From assembly GCF_048593235.1 (NCBI RefSeq), contig NC_133619.1:62572454-62636453 (forward strand): 64,000 bases of DNA. The letters are read 5' to 3'. The notes beneath the pieces are model-generated. The model had not been told where the DNA came from. It did no database searches and saw nothing but the letters and a program-made list of their open reading frames with translations. Both the position numbers and the translations under genes were made by a program. Source of the stretch: Sminthopsis crassicaudata. Lineage: Eukaryota. Positions 24,661 through 39,800 of the stretch are shown piece by piece (the first letter of the stretch is position 1; each line of letters opens with the position of its first letter).

Positions 24661-25809
24661 ACTCCTGTCCCATGTTCTTCATCAGATTGCTCCTACCACT
24701 ATTTTATATGCACATACTCAAATATCTTCAATCTCTCCCTAATACTCCCCCAATACTCTCATTGCTGCTGCCTACCTACGCATCTACATTTCCCGTCTTA
24801 AAATAACAGTAATAACCTTGCAATCTTCCCTTACAGATGTCAACACTAGAATCAGGAGACAGAGATTATTCCACAAATAAATAAGTTCTCCAAATTTCTC
24901 CTCTCCAAAATCTGTATTAGTCAGCTTTAGTTCTCTCTTGTTCTGCTCTCCTCTCTGAAACAAGTTCATCATAAATCCTTGCTTTGTTATGGGATCAGAG
25001 AAGAAGGTCCTTCCTCACCAGGAGGCCTTAATCAAAAATCTAACCATTTCTGGGGTCACTACAGAAGGGGCAATTCTTGATTAAGTGACCTCACAGTTCT
25101 TTCCCAATGCTAAAATTCTTTGATTTCATGATTTTTCTGACTCTAAATCCACTCTTCTACAATTCTCTTGCCTTATCTGGCTGAGCAGAGGAAGAAATGG
25201 TCAAAGAAAACTGGAGACTTGTAGAGAATAGAACAGGAAACATAGTAGATAGAAAGGAGGGAGCCCAGAAAAATAAAATATATGAGTGACCATGAGGATC
25301 AGGAGATTTAGAGTTCTGCAAAGTTGTCTTGAACAATACAAGCAGTTTCCTAATTTGGAAATAGGATTGTCTCAGCTTTGTTGTCCCTTATTACTTATTT
25401 TACTTTGCCCTTCTTTCATGGATTCTCCCATGTTCTTAGTCCCTTTAGGGCTTCCCAAATAAAGGTTTTAATTCCTGGCTTATCACCTATCCTATTGCCC
25501 CTACCCTGTGCCACTCTCTGACTTGCCTTTTTCACCTAGGAAAAAACAAAGACCAGAACAAGGTCCTAGGGGTACATAACTGAATCTCAAACTTCCCCTT
25601 CTCACTCTCTCCAGTTGAGAGTCTAGCTTAGGTTCTGAGTGAGAGTCATTAAGGAAATTAGATGAAGAAAAAGTTCTGGCCTTGAGACCAGTCCTAAAGG
25701 TAGGAGGAGACTTAAAGAAAAGGAGTCCAAAAGATTTTTCTCCTCCTCCAGTCCTGACATTCTATTCCCAGCATGGTGCCTTGCACATTGTAAGTGCTTA
25801 ATATATGCT

Positions 25810-25980
25810 TGTTACACACACTATTGTAGAAATATGTTTAATAAGATTGAATATGTATAACCTAAGTCAGATGGCTTGCAGTCTTAGGAAAAAGGAAAGA
25901 GAGGGAGGGAGGAAAATTTGAACTTAAAATCTTATAAAAAATGAATGTACCTTTACTCATAGTTGGAAAAAAATATACTT
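25810..25980 (+). mobile_element. Short marsupial L1 3' tail
   Basis: aaatatgtttaataagattgaatatgtataacct..cagatggcttgcagtct..ggagggaggaaaatttgaacttaaaatctta..catagttggaaaaaa. A similar tail lies at ~48900-49090. Confidence 0.55.
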
Positions 25981-26132
25981 TTTTTTTTTTAAGTGCTGCT
26001 TGTCTGATTATCAAATGATTGGTTATCTGAACAAATTCTGGAGTAGCATTAGGACAAAAGGATTATCTTTAAGAAAAGGAATTATATAGCGGTAGGATAT
26101 ACATATATGTATATCTACAATACATACACTTA

Positions 26133-26152
26133 TGTATGTGTATGTGTGTATA

Positions 26153-26218
<66 letters not shown>

Positions 26219-26225
26219 TATATAC
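26133..26225. repeat. Compound (TG/TA/CA)n microsatellite
   Basis: Long TA run flanked by TG and CA repeats. It explains the YIYIY ORFs in the track. Confidence 0.95.
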
Positions 26226-27789
26226 AGACTATATTTCAATATTATTGATTTCCTTTGGGATTCCAAGATATTTTATGTTCTTCAAGCATGCAAGGAAGGG
26301 ATCAATAGGCTTCGTCACACTGTCAAAGACCATCACACAAAAAACATTTAGGATCACTGGTGGATTATGGAAACACTTCACATGATTTCATTTGTACAAT
26401 CAATATTATATAGCTGGCTTTTTCAAAGTGTAGGGGAAGGGTAGGAGGGAGAAAGAGAATTTTTAAAAATTTGAAATGTTTAAATTGTTTTAAATGTAAT
26501 TGAGAACCATTTAATAAAATAAAAATATATTAAAGAATCACTGGCAGATGATTTCTAAGGTTCTTTCCTACTCTGAAACCCTACGATTATTATGGAAAAA
26601 AAGAATAGGAAATGGACCAGCCTGTTGTAAATCTCATTAAATTGGAACTGCCTACAAGTTAATAATGAAGAATTGTAATATAGAAGGCAGACTTCCAGGA
26701 CTGGTCAGGACAGCTCAGCAGCTCTGAAAGAATCAAAAGATAAAACAGGAAAATATGGCAAGTGTCTCTCCAGTGCGAATCAATTTGATGACTAAAAAAA
26801 TGACCTACTTTGTATGCAATAAACCAAAAGCCAGACTGAAAAGTCGTGTACTTTGAAGATATTAAGATTCAGACATCTCCCCTTCTGACTGCAAAATTTC
26901 AAATACTAGAAGGCAACATCAGGAAGAGGAAAAAAAAAGAAAGAAAAAAGTGTAATTTGTAGACACTAGAATGCATCCTGGAGAGGCAGGATGGAGGAGT
27001 GGCCTTGAAGCCAGTTAGGCCCGGGTCTTGCCCAGACATACACTTTTTTCTCCACAAGTTACCTGATGCTTCTGGAAGCTCTCTAAAACCAAACTGCTGA
27101 AAGGTGTAAACTTGTACTGGTGGAAGGAATTTGCTCTTCTGGGAGTTGCCTTTATGAATGAAATCTCAGGTTTAATCTCACTCTATTTGGAGACTGCAAT
27201 GCAGAGCCAAGGGGGGCTCGATTGAATTCATGGCAATAACAAACCAAATTAGGGGATCATATTTTCCAAAGTCACTAAAAATGCCTATGGAAATGACAAT
27301 GGATGGAAGCAGCAGTAATGTCACACCTCACTGAACATCTCACGGACCTCAGGAGAATGATGCACTCACTGGGTTTAGAAGCAAGAAAAGCCCTGTCAGT
27401 CACCACTCACTTCCCTAGCCCGTTTGTGCCTGGTACATAGTAAATGCTTAATAAATGTTTATTGGCCGACTGATTGAGTTTCTTCACTAGTAAAATGCAA
27501 GAATTGGACTAGGTGATTTAGCACAGGTTTTTCAATGCTAAATCTGTGGTTCTGTCCTTGCCTGCTGACCTCCTTGCAGCACATATTATTCTAGTCTCAC
27601 ATTGTTATGTCACAGCTTCCTGCATGTGTCCCATTTTAAATTTTAATTTTTCCTGACCCTCTTAAAGCTTCTTGGTTCAGGCCATTTTTGCTTATTTCCT
27701 CATACCGCTCAAAGCTTTGCATGATGCCGAGCACACAGTAGGTGCTCAATAAATATTAGCTGAATAACAAAATGGAGCAGAATGTGAAT

Positions 27790-28050
27790 AGAACAATCAG
27801 TCTCTTGGGAGAAGTGCAACAAGAATCCAGTATGTGTGAAAAAAGATCTGGAGATTTGGTAGACTCCACGCTTGACATGGGTCGATAATGTTGACATTAC
27901 AACTAGAAAAGCTAGATTGGTTCTCAGCTGCATTTAGAGTTATATTGTCCAAAACAAGAAAAGCGGTAGTTGTGTTCAGCCCTGGCCATACCAGGCTAGG
28001 GGCTCTGGACACGGTGCCCCTCAGATCATATTAAGAAACTGGGATTTTCA
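27790..28050 (+). mobile_element. L3/CR1 fragment
   Basis: gaaaaaagatctggagatttggtagactcca.gcttgacatg..aaaagctagatt..ctgcatt is typical L3 3' ORF2. Confidence 0.55.
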
Positions 28051-30685
28051 GCTTAGACTTCCTCGGAATTCTATAGATTGTCTAGACTTAAGAAAGTGAT
28101 GCAGAATAAATTTTAAAGTGTGTCCATGTTTTTTCCTGGGAGGTAGTTTTTAAACATTTCTTGGAACACCCCTAATACAGCAGCATGCCTCAAAGAACAA
28201 CTGCAGGAAGACCATTTCCCAACCTTAAAGAAACTGAAGACATTTGCAAGGAATCTGACCTCTGAAGGAATGAAAATAGCTCCTGTCCAAACAAGCCAAT
28301 CTCAAATCTCAAATGTTTGCAAATCAGGAGCAATTTTGTTACCTTTGTGGGTTACAAAGTTTAATCTCCTCCCATAGATTATAGTTACTTCCTTCAAAGT
28401 CAATATATGAAAATCAGCATAGTACAAAAACTAGCATTTACAGAGCACTTTAAGGACTTTCCAAAATTACTGTGCATATTTATTTCATTTAATTCTCAGA
28501 ATGACTGTTAGGTATCCCCATTTTATGGATGAGGAACCTGAAAGACAGAGATTAAGTGTCTTGTCCAGGGTCACAAACTCTAACCTTAGCTGCCTCATTG
28601 TGGAGTTGGGAAGTGTCCCGAGACAGGAGTCAGAGCGCCTAGCTCCTACTCCTGAAGTGCCTGTGCATTGTTCAGCTCCGGGCAAAGAGAGACTCTCCGA
28701 GCCTATTAGTTGTGTTATCTGTGAGAAATGAGAGTGAGCTAAGGTTTCTTTCTCCTTTGAATCCTATAATCTGCAAGATCTCAAATGAACTGTTTGTTTT
28801 TGTTTTTAAGATAAAGTCTTGCTTGACTTTTTATAGTTTACAATGTGAAATACTTGCTCTGGTTTCTAAATTACAAAAAATCATTGTCCAATGTGGTTCT
28901 CCATCACACATTGGCTGTGTGACTCTGATAAGCAGCTGAACCTCTCTGTATTCCCCTGGGAACTTTTTAAGACTATTCTAGATAGTGACCTGTATCACTG
29001 AGGAAGACAACTCATTTATCCCAGTAAAACTATGGGGTCAGTTCCTGTCTGTATAAAATCACTGAGGCAAAAAGAGATGCTATCCAAGCATATTACTAAA
29101 TGTGTGCTAATATTTTTGGAAGATTTTAATTTTAATTTCATTAAAACTTCACTGAGATTAAAAACAACAACAACAACAACAACTAGTGGGCATGCAAGGC
29201 CTGCCTTAGGAAAAACTGAAGTAGGGCAGTGTTTCTTCATGGTACAGTTCTCTCCTTCCTCTCCTAAGTCAGAGCCTCCCACTCTGTGCCTTTGCTGTCT
29301 ACCTCGGCCCAACCCTATCCCCTAAAACTAACCTCTGCAAAGGCCTCCTTTGCTGCAGTGTTCACTGAAGCCAGAGGACGACTTTCCCCTTCACAATCCC
29401 TCGCCAAATCCAGCAGCCTGCACATTTCTTGCCAAGCGTCCCTTCTTCTCTACTCATGCCTCTTGGTTAGGCCTTTCCGCAACTCTCAACTGTCCCAGGG
29501 GCTTCCTAGTTGGATCTCCCTGCTGCAAGTCTACCCTTTATTCTGGACACAGCTGCAATCATGATGCTCCTAAAGCACAGGCCTTCCTCGCCACTGTCTT
29601 TACTCATTAAATGCCAATGACTTCCTATTGCCTCTAGGATGAATTGCATACTCTTATTCTTGGTCTCTAAAGTTCTGGACCCAGGAAACCAGTTTAAATG
29701 CTGCCTCAGATACTCAGTACTTGCTGTGTGACCTTAGAAAAGTCACTTCACACTCTGTCTCTGTAAAACAGGATTAATAACAGCCCCTACGTTCCCAGGG
29801 CTGTTGTGAGACTCGAATGAAATAATATTTGTAAACCATAACACACTGTATAAATGAGGACTGTATAAATAAATATTAAATAATCTCTTGGGTCACTCCC
29901 AGCACTAACCTTTATGATCTTTGCTTCTATGAGATGATGGGGACAGTGATCCCCAGGATGGAGTTTAAGAGGTTCAGGAGAGAGTCAGCACAAGTCCCAC
30001 TCTGTTTCCTGCCCCCAACCAAACAACAACAACTCGTGCTCATTTGGCAATTTGCGGTTAGAAAAGTTTTCTGTGTCCAAGATTTTGTTTGATTCCCAGC
30101 AGAACACGGCTTCATGGTGAAGAAGAACCTCTGGTTCCAGGCTAGGAGCCTCCACACCCTTGGGCCTCTGTGACCAGACCCTGGGAGAGAAGCTGACCAG
30201 TCCAAGAAGGCCGAGGCAGAGTCCCGAATGCCCCCAGGGGGCCCTTGCCTTCCTAACAGAGATCTAACCACCAGGGTGACCAGGCCCACAAGGCCTATTT
30301 GTAAGAGAAGGCCCTGGAGGGGCTGAAGACGCTGCCCTCTTGTGGCAGATCAAACAAGGAGACACAGCTGGTCACAGGGAAAAGGGGGAAAAACCCCCAG
30401 CTTTCCTCTGGCTTTTTAGTCTCCCTGGGTCGCCACCGAAACAGGGAATCTGGAGAAACTTCATCTGCTTTCTAGAAATGTCACATCCCCGAGGTGGAAT
30501 CTGCACATGGCTCGCCCAGAGGAGGAAAGCCGGGATCCCCCCCAGCCCTGAAAACCCCTAGACCCCTCCCCCATTGGGCAAATGGCCCGCGCCATGAAAG
30601 CCTGACCAAGACTCCAAGAGTCCAGCCAACTGCCTGGTGGCTCCTTTACCCAGATGCAGCCAAGCACTCAGGAAAGGAAAAGAAC

Positions 30686-30691
30686 TTTATT
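30686..30691 (-). terminator. STK11IP: STK11IP polyadenylation signal AATAAA
   Basis: tttatt on plus, ~140 nt after the stop codon. Confidence 0.7.
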
Positions 30692-30832
30692 GGCACCTGA
30701 GAAACAGTCAACGTCCCATTGTCAAAGGCCACGGTGGGCTGACCCCCGGACCGCCATCTCTGCTTTGGGACGTAGCAGCACGTCTCATCCCTCCCCAGGC
30801 CGGAGCAGTGGGCCAGGCCAGACCCCGATTGC

Positions 30833-33800
30833 CTAGCTCTCAACCGGCGCAGCGTCTGGAGCCTCCTGGCTCAGCACTCGAAGTCCGATGGAAAAAAGCT
30901 CCTCCCAGGGACCTCGGATCCAGTCCAACAGGGCAGTCAATTGCTCTGGACACACGACCCGCAGAGGCCAAAAACTCTCAAGTCGCAAGACCTAGAGGAC
31001 CAAGGAGCGGGCCAGGAGGCTGGGAGGGCATGAAGGGCCAACGTTCCCCCAGCACCGCTCCTCTGCCCCCGCCCACAGCCGCCTCCCCTGGCCTCTCCCC
31101 AAGGATCCCTAGTCGGTCCCTGCCCTCTGTGGGGCCTTTCTCCGCCCACCTCCCACCTCTTCCCTCTAGACACACGCACCTCATCATACAAGGCCAGACG
31201 AAAGTCCCTGGGGGCCGCCTTATAGACCTGAATGGAGCTGAGACTGCTGAGTGGCTGCTGCTCGTAGATGCAGACGGAGGGGTCCAGCCTCGGGGAAAGA
31301 GTCATGGCAGGCGCTTCTCCAGGTCCCTCTGCAGGGGGCCTGGGCTGGGACCCCATGGGATCTTCACCCAGCAGATACAAGGTGGATGGAGTTACCAACA
31401 GGGACACCGGGCGGGACGAGGAGCCTGAAGAGAAAGGCCCGAGACAGTGGGAAGGGCGCCCTGCCCGCCCAAGACCAGCACTGCCAGGCCGTGGAGGCGC
31501 AATAGCATCAGTAGCCACCACTGATTCCTCCCAACACCCAAGGACCCCTCTGAGGTCCCGCCACTAGTCCCGAGAGCTCCGAGCCCCAGCAAGACAAAGG
31601 GGAGCCAGCCTTGGTTTCCCATCAGGGTGGAGGTCCCACTAGGACCCCCAATAGGACAGACTTCACGTAAGTAGAGAACCAGCCCGCTGCAGCACACTGA
31701 CTCTGACCCTCTCCCCAAACTCCCAACCCTGCTCAGAGCAGGGGCCGATAGGCCCCTCCGTCACAGTATGCCCACTGTGAGGGGATTTCCCAGGAGGTTC
31801 TCTCCCCTTTCCCCCTGAGACAAAGTACCTTCAACCAGAAACGCCTGCAAGTAGAAGAACTGGGGGTCCTCGGGGCTGGAGTCGGGATCTAGCAATGGCC
31901 TGGGAGGCAGGGGCCATGGGAGGAAATAGGTATCAGTGCCAGGCTGAGTGGAGGGGCAGGGAGAATATGGTTAACAGGGGGCAGCTAGGAGGCGCAATAG
32001 ATAGAACACCAGCCCGAAGTCAGGAGGACCTGGGTTCAAATCTGGTCTCAAACACTTAACACTTCCTGGCTGTGTGACCCTGGGCAAGTCACTTAACCCC
32101 AGCCTCAGGGAAAAAAAAAAAAAAAAAAAGAATACGGGTAATAGAAGAAGGGGTCCATGGAAAAAGGCCCCCCAAATGGCAAGAGGGGTGTGGCTGGCAA
32201 GAGCAGAATGGAGGGCAGTGGGCAGGATGCCGCTCCAGTCAGGGCTCACAGACCAGCTCTTAGCCCCACACCCCATCTTGGTTTTCCTGGTTGGGAAAGT
32301 GGGGTGGGGGACTTGGCAGGACTCACCAGAGCCGGTGCTGAGGAGTCATTTCCTCTCTGGTGGCAGAAACGTGGCACCTCCGGCCAGGAGGCAGCAGCTG
32401 CAGGATGGCTGGAGAAGGCCGGGGAGATGGGGAGTGAGGAAGCTCAAGCTCTCACCTCACTGCCAGGAAAGCCTCCTCCATCCCTGCCAGCCTCGGCCCT
32501 CACATTCCCAGGCTCTGAACTCCCAGGGACATCCTGGAGGCCTCCAATGCTCCAGCACCCCACTGCACCCCTCCAACCCTGCCCCCCCACTTACCAGTGA
32601 GCTCTTCCAGGAAGGCGTGACAGCAGCGGGGCTCCCGGGCCAGCAGAGCACAGCAGCCTCCGGCCCCGGCCCACTCCAGCCAAAGGCTCTGCCCAGCCAG
32701 GCCGAGCTTCAGGCAGCTCAGGTCCTGCAGGGGGGCGGCGAGGCGCAGCTCCAGCCAGCTGGAGGGCTGGCCTCTGAGGACAGAAGGAAGGATGCGTGAC
32801 TGAGGAGGGGAGCTGAGGAGCCCAGGCCCCTCCTCACCAGTCCCTGCTCAGGCCCTCACTCACCGGATCTCCCCAGTCACCTCCAAGATGTAAAGCCTGA
32901 GATCAGACACAACAACAAGGGAAGGAAACTCCTCGGCCTGGCCACTCAGCACTACCGGCACCTGGGGTGTGTAAGAGCATGTGGAGCATTCAGAAGTGGG
33001 CGGGGACAGGCCTGGTAGGGGATGCCGAGGAACACCCCAAGAGCAGAGGAAGAACTGGGGCCCCACCTTGAGGCAGCACTGGAACTCTTCCTGGACATCT
33101 TCAAATATCTCCACATCCAGGAAAAGCCGGAGCCGGTGGTCCACAGAGCGGAGCCCAGAGCGGTCAGAAGCTAAAGGCCAGAGCAGAGTAGGTGCAGCCA
33201 GACAGCTACTAACTGCACACACCTTCCCTAGTCAATCCCCCGTCTCCCCTCATCATTCCCCCAAAACTACCAAATGATCCTCTCAACAATAAATGACAAA
33301 ATCTTCCACTTAGATGGCACTTAAAGGTTTGCCAATCACTTCCTCACATCAAGCTTAGAAGGCAGCTATTATATTACTGTTCCCATTTTGTTGATGGGGA
33401 AACTTGGAGTCCTTCTCTGGAAACAGGCTTTCTGACTCTGAAGCCAGCACCTTTCCTCATTTAACGTCCCCTATGTCCTCTCCATACTCACGAGGATGAA
33501 GGCCCCAGCTGTCGGCTTCAGGGGGCAGCTGGGCCCGGAGGCAGGGACTGCTGGACTTATCGCCATCACCCTCATCTGGAGAGCCCGGAGGAGTGCTGGG
33601 GGGGGCAGAGCAAGCTGAGTGCAGCTCTCCCTCCCTCTGTTCCTCTCTGGGGGTTTCATCATGGTAAGGCAGCAAGACGACGTGGTCACTGCCACACATG
33701 GGACACAGAAGTGGGGAGTCTGTGGAGAGAGGCGGACTTTAAGGTTGGGTACTTCCCAGCAGGCCCCATGCTTCAGTCATCAATAAGGTTCCCATGTCCA

Positions 33801-36800
33801 CTGTCCCATCCTATTCCTGCCCCCCCAACCCCTCTGCCCTCCCGGCTTATTCTCCATGGAGCTTCACAGTCCCTACACCTCCCTTCAAGCTCTTCTCTCT
33901 CCTGTCAAAGCCCTCCTCAATGCCTTCTACTGGGCTGCTCCCTCCCCAAGCTGGGCAGGATGGGCAGGAGGGAAGAAAAGCGTCCAGATCTATGAAGGGA
34001 GGAAGGGCAGGGAGGGCTCCCTACCGGGCTTGGACATCCATCTGCCGTGGGCACCCAGCTCCTCCTGCGGAGCCATCACCTCACTGATCTGATGACAACG
34101 GAGACACCGAAGCCAGCCTCCAGACGGGCCTCGCGCTGCCCCCACCTGAAGCTTTGAAGCAGCTGCAGCGGGGGCCAAGACAGCCAGCAGCTCCTGAAAT
34201 GTCCATGCATCCCAAAGGAGGGTCATCTTCCTCCTCATCATCATCCCCCTTCCGCTTACCAACCTCCCCCCCCCTGGGATCTTTGAACCTCCCGCAGCCC
34301 TGGACCCAATACCAGGCCATCACCTCCGCAGCAGCATGGGCGTCGGGCTCCACCACCAGGTATCGCCGCAGCTGCCGGTCAGAACGGATGTAGGAGAAGC
34401 GCAGGATGATAACGGGGCCACCCGCAGCACAGTCAGGATCCTGGGAAGGCGGAGGAGAGATATGCTCTGTGGCCCAGGACAAAGCTCCCCTCCCAGCCCG
34501 GGCTGGTGGTGGTCCCCAGAGCCCTTCCCTCCTGTTCACTGGTAATCCCACCGACTCCCTAAGCTGCAGCTCTCACCACAGACTCCGCCTCTGTCTCTAA
34601 CTCAGCTGCCCAAAGGCTCCGGAGGTCCAGTCGCTCCAAGGTCCGAGCCGCCTGCAGCTCCACCTCCAGTAAGTGCCCCGAAATGACCCTCAGAAACCTC
34701 TCATGGCCACGTGCCCTGGCAGTCCCCTCCAGGGGACACACCAGCATAGGACGACAAAGCTCCACTGCCAAGAGACCCAATGCAAGGGCTCAGACTCCAC
34801 TTCCCTGCCCTGACACCATTCCTGCACCCTCTGCCTCTCTTTGTTGTTCCTCCAAGAACAAGACCACTCACCCTCCACTTCTTGATCTTCTACTTCCTCT
34901 TCCTCTTCCCCTTTGATTTCTTCCTCTGCAGCCACCTCCTCTGTTACCACCTCCTTCTCTTCAGCCACCTCTTCTTCCACCTTGTCCTGCTCTGGCCCAA
35001 TCAGGAGAGATTCGTCCAAACTACTGTTCCCTTCCCCTTGCTGCAGTGGGCTAGAAAGGCTCTGAGGTCTTGGGGGGTCCATGGAGACTGTGCCTGAGTT
35101 AGAGGCCTTAGGGGTCCCCACAGGGGGTGTCCCAGGGGTCTCTAGGTGGCTACGGTACTGAAGCCAATCACAACCAAATCTCTCCCGAAAACTGTTCATG
35201 AGCTCAAGCTCCCGTTGCTGTTGCACGAACCAGCCTAGAAGAGAAGGAATGGGGTGAGCAGCCAGAGCACGTCCTCCAGCGTTTTCATGCCCTTCACGAT
35301 CCCTCCATGCTTCAAGGAGCTCTGACTTCAGTGACAGAGGGCGGCGCTGCCTCCATTGGTGCGGGATGAAATTCCTCCGGGCCCTCACAGATGCTCGCTG
35401 GGCCCACCTAGGAACCAGGCCTTCTGAAGCCCCGCACGGTCCCTCACTAGACCGTTCCCCAAAACCTCCCAACTTGGCGGGACGTATTAGAACTTCCCGT
35501 CCCCATGAGCACGGACTTGAGAAGCCAGGGCCAGCCACACACCACAATCAGGAAGGCACCACAGAAGGATGCATTTTTAGTGAAGGATGCATTTCCCAAG
35601 TGGAAAACTAGACAAGGGCTGGAGGGGTGAGGAGGAGACTAATAAGGAAGGCACAACTAACTAAGTCACAAAAGTGAAAATCTGGAGGAAATAGGAAAAA
35701 GGAAAAGCTGGGTCTCACTAGTAGGCGAGGGATCTGGAGTTCGGGACTCTGGGTCAGTATCACTTGGCTCTGAGATGCTCGCCCGCCTCACACGGACTCG
35801 GCTCTGAGGATGACAAAAGGAAGCTCCTTTGTGAGTAAAGAGGGACCCCAGAACACCAAACCCTTTGTCTCTAGGTACCAACACCCTCTTCCAACCCAGA
35901 AACCTGCCAAGGGTGAGGGGGATACTTTTCATCCCTGGCAGGGTAACAATGCCAGAATCCTGAGTCCCCCCCAGTCACAGACACAGGGTAGCTCACCTTA
36001 GCCTTACGAGGGAGGAGGCGACCCAAAACACCTCCCGAAGAGGGGCTGTCACTCAAGTCAGGGCCATAAGAGGTCTCTGAGGCACTTCCCACTGTGGGGG
36101 CTAGAGAGAGGGCCAAGGAGTAAAGCCCAGAAGATGTGGGAGGCTGGAAGCACACAAAGAGAGCCACTTTTATAAGGACAACAGAGGATCAAGTGCTTCT
36201 TCTTCCTTGCCCAATCGTGGTAAGGAACAGGAGTACAGCTGCTGGTTTGGCAGGGAGGTGCCCTCACTTCCCTGCCCATCCCGCCCCGGTCATTCTCCAG
36301 CACCCTCTAACCAGCCTGCCCCAGCCCTTCAGCCCCTGCTGGCTCCTGGCAAGACTGACCTGCAAGTCAGCAGGCGACAGGGGCTCCCCATCAAGAAGAA
36401 ACTGAAAGAAAAAAGTGCCAGTGAGTACGTGCTGGAAAGGGGGAGGTAGCGTGGAAGGGACAGGAGCACCCCATCCTGCCCCCGACCCTGGGAGGAGAGA
36501 GAGGGCAGGCCAAGAGAAGCAGTGCAGGACACACCAAGAACAGGCCCAAGAGAAAACAGGTCCCATTCATGTTCCCTAGGTCTCAGGGCTGGCTCTACAA
36601 CCCAGGGGACAAGAGGGAGCAAGGGAAGTTGGGGGAAGCAAAGTAAGCAGGTGTGCGAGAACACTTAACACGACCACAAAAGACAATAACCCTGAAGATG
36701 TCAGCTCTGGGAGGGACCGATGACCATCGTGACTCAGGAAGCCCAAGCGTGACCTCAGCCTCCTGCCTTTGGTTTACCTGACTGTTCTAATTTGTGACAG

Positions 36801-39800
36801 GAGAGACCTCTCTTGGGGGAAGAAGGGAAGGAATGTGATCAAATAAACAACAGCAGAGCATCATGACTCTGAGACTTATAAAGCTTAAGAGCAGCATGGA
36901 TGCCTACTTACTGGAAACAGGTGAAGCAATGCACTACCTGAATTCAGTGGGAGACTGGTGATGTAAGAAACAAGTGAGACTGGGCACAGAGAAACACATG
37001 CATGAATGGATGCAAAGTAAAAGAGGTAGACACAAGTTCTCCAACAACAAACAATAACAATCAAAACTGAATGTTACAAAATTAAAAAGAAGTATTTCAT
37101 CCCAAAAACAGCTCGGAGAAGACATCTCCCTCCTCCTTTCAGCCTGAAGTCAAAGGCTCAATCACACAGGGCATATGACATCAGACTTTTTTGACATGTT
37201 AAATTTATAGATTTTTATCTTCTTTATCCTTTCCTTGGTTTAAGAAAAAAAAAAAACTGGGGAGAAACGATGGCAATGTGAAAACAGAAGAGACCAATAA
37301 AAGAAAATCTGCTTTAAAAATTTGGAGAAATGAAGGGAAAAACCAGAATGGGGGGAGACGAGGGAAGGGGGACAGCTTACCCCAGGAGGAGAAGCATCTC
37401 TGGCCTGTGGTGACAGACACTGAACGGTAGCTGCTCGGTGATTGGGGTGAAAGGACAGAGGATTCCCCTCCAGGTGCAGCTGTGGACGAGAAAGGAGATG
37501 AGCAGCAGCCAGCACAACTGCTCTGAGGCCAAAGGGACATGGCTGCCACTCCTGCCTTCTGGCAGCCACGCGTGGACTCTGGGTGCTTGGGTCCCACTCC
37601 TTCCCCGCCCCCAAGGTCCCCACTCACTCTCTGGAGCTCGGGCAGCGCCCTCAAGGGCATCAGCTCCCTGTGTTGTTCCAGCAGATTGTACGCCACGTCC
37701 AGATGCCGAAGGCCCTTCAGCTGATCCAGCCCTGAGCAGGGAGACCAGTAGCGTCAGGCACTTCTGCCCAGCCCCACTGGCCTCGGGGCCGGCCCTCCCA
37801 CCCAGGCAGCAGGCTCACACCAGCCTGGCCCCTCTCACTGGTGGGCCGCTCACCGCACAAGCTTCGAAGCTCATTTCCCCTCAGCACAACTGTCTTGAGC
37901 ACGGCCCCCGCGGGGCTCACCACGGGGACCGACTGAAGGCGGTTGTAAGAGACATCCAGATGCCGCAGCTCAGACAGGGCCTGCAGGACCAAGATGGCAT
38001 CAGACCAGGGTAAGGGCGTGCCCACACGGGGGGGGGGGGTGCAAAACAGCCTAACTGGGCAGAGATCTGGTACAAGGTGGCTGCATCAGGCAGAAGGAAG
38101 TACCCCATTCAGGGATGCAGAGATCCCCTCGAGCCCCAGACTCACAGTCAAGAAGTCTTCACAGTCGGTGACTCGGTTGTGGCTCAGATTCAGAACCTGA
38201 AGAGCTGACAGGAGGTGCTGAGGGAAACGAGTCGGGAAGATCACTCGGGGTGCCTTACGTGCTCCCCCTCCCTCTGAGGCCCTCTGGTAAATCCTTGCCC
38301 CACTCACCAAGGATCGGTCCAAGGCAGTCAACGAATTATAGCTAAAATCAGCACAAACCAGAGCGAGCCAGGGCAAGGCAGAGCAGAGGTCACCGCCGCA
38401 AGCCGAGAGGAGTTCCTGAGATAGGGAGAAAAGGTCAGTGCCAGCAGCCCCTCCCCCGCAGACCCTTCCCCACCAGGACCAGCCTGGCCTCAGCCTTCCT
38501 TGTCCTTCACCTCTAGCGCTTGGAGGCTCCTGCTGCAGACCAGAGTCTCAAGCTGAGAGTAGATTCCACGGAGGCCACACAGACAGTGCAGAGGGACCGC
38601 TCGCAGCTGGGGAGAAGGCTCCAAATCAGGGAGGGAGACAAGGATGGGAGGGGATCGAACACACAAGAGCCACGTTCTGCTGGACTCAGTCAGTCAAACA
38701 GAAGGATAGCAGAGAGGGACTTGAGGACAGGACCCTCCCAAGGACCCCCCCTCTGAGCTGAGCCATACACCATCACCTCCCCCCCCCCCCATCTCCTCCT
38801 ACCTCCAGCTGCTTCAGGGACTTGAAGGGGAAGATCTTGATGGGGCCTTGAGGGCCAGGGCCTGGGACGTGCACCAGCTGAGAGAAGAGAACAGAGCTCA
38901 GGTGGGGAGTAATGCCTCTCCCTCAGCACAGTGCCCCCTCATTACAAGGGTCGCCCTCTCTGGACGCACTGCTATCCGGACCTCGGGCCCACAGGTTTAA
39001 GGCAGCCTCTGCAGACCCAGCCCCCTGAGAACGTAGCCAGGTGGAGCTCCCAGCCTCCCGACCCCCACATGCTCCCTTCAGACCCAAACCTTGAGTGAGA
39101 GCGTCTTCTGCAACACGTCAAAGAGGAACTGGAGCTGCAGGATAGTGGGGGAGTCGGCAGGGTGGGAGGGCAGGGCCACAAAGCCGGCCTGCAAGGGGCT
39201 CCAGGGTCGCAGATGAAGCTCAAACACGTGATTCAGCTGCTGCAGGGTGGAGGTCAGCAGAGTCAGCGTGCTGCAGCCAGACAGGACCAGGTCACCTTCG
39301 GGGAGGGGAGAGAGAAGGCAGACAGTGTGAGCTTGGGAACGACCCCGTGAGCGCCGGCCTAGCCCTCGCAGGCCCCACGACGGGCCGTTCTTACCGGGCT
39401 GCCCGAGCCGAGCCTCCTCCCCACAAAATGAGGGCACTGACCTAGGTGGAGTCCAAGTCTAGGATCTGTGAGGCTCCCGTCCAGCAGGACCCGGGCTAGA
39501 TTCCAGACGTGTGTCCTTCCTCATGTTGGTTCATGTTATTTGTGACATTATTTGTGACATCACTTGTAGCCTGTGGTATACTGCTATGTGCTAATGTAAT
39601 CTATGTGGTCTATGTAAAACCTCCCACACCGACGGATTTGCGTACACCCGCTTTAAGAGCCAGCCCTTCAGGACCTGCTAATCTGATGTGATTCTCCATT
39701 TCCTCTGGTGTTTTCATCTCCCTTCCTGAGAAGTCAGGGGGGCGTGATCACCTCCTTTTTAATGGGGTTTTCACCCCCAAATGCAGCCAGTCCACCTCCT

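Noticed and set aside
26023-26385. ORFs with YIYIYI runs
   Set aside because: They are translations of the (TA)n microsatellite.
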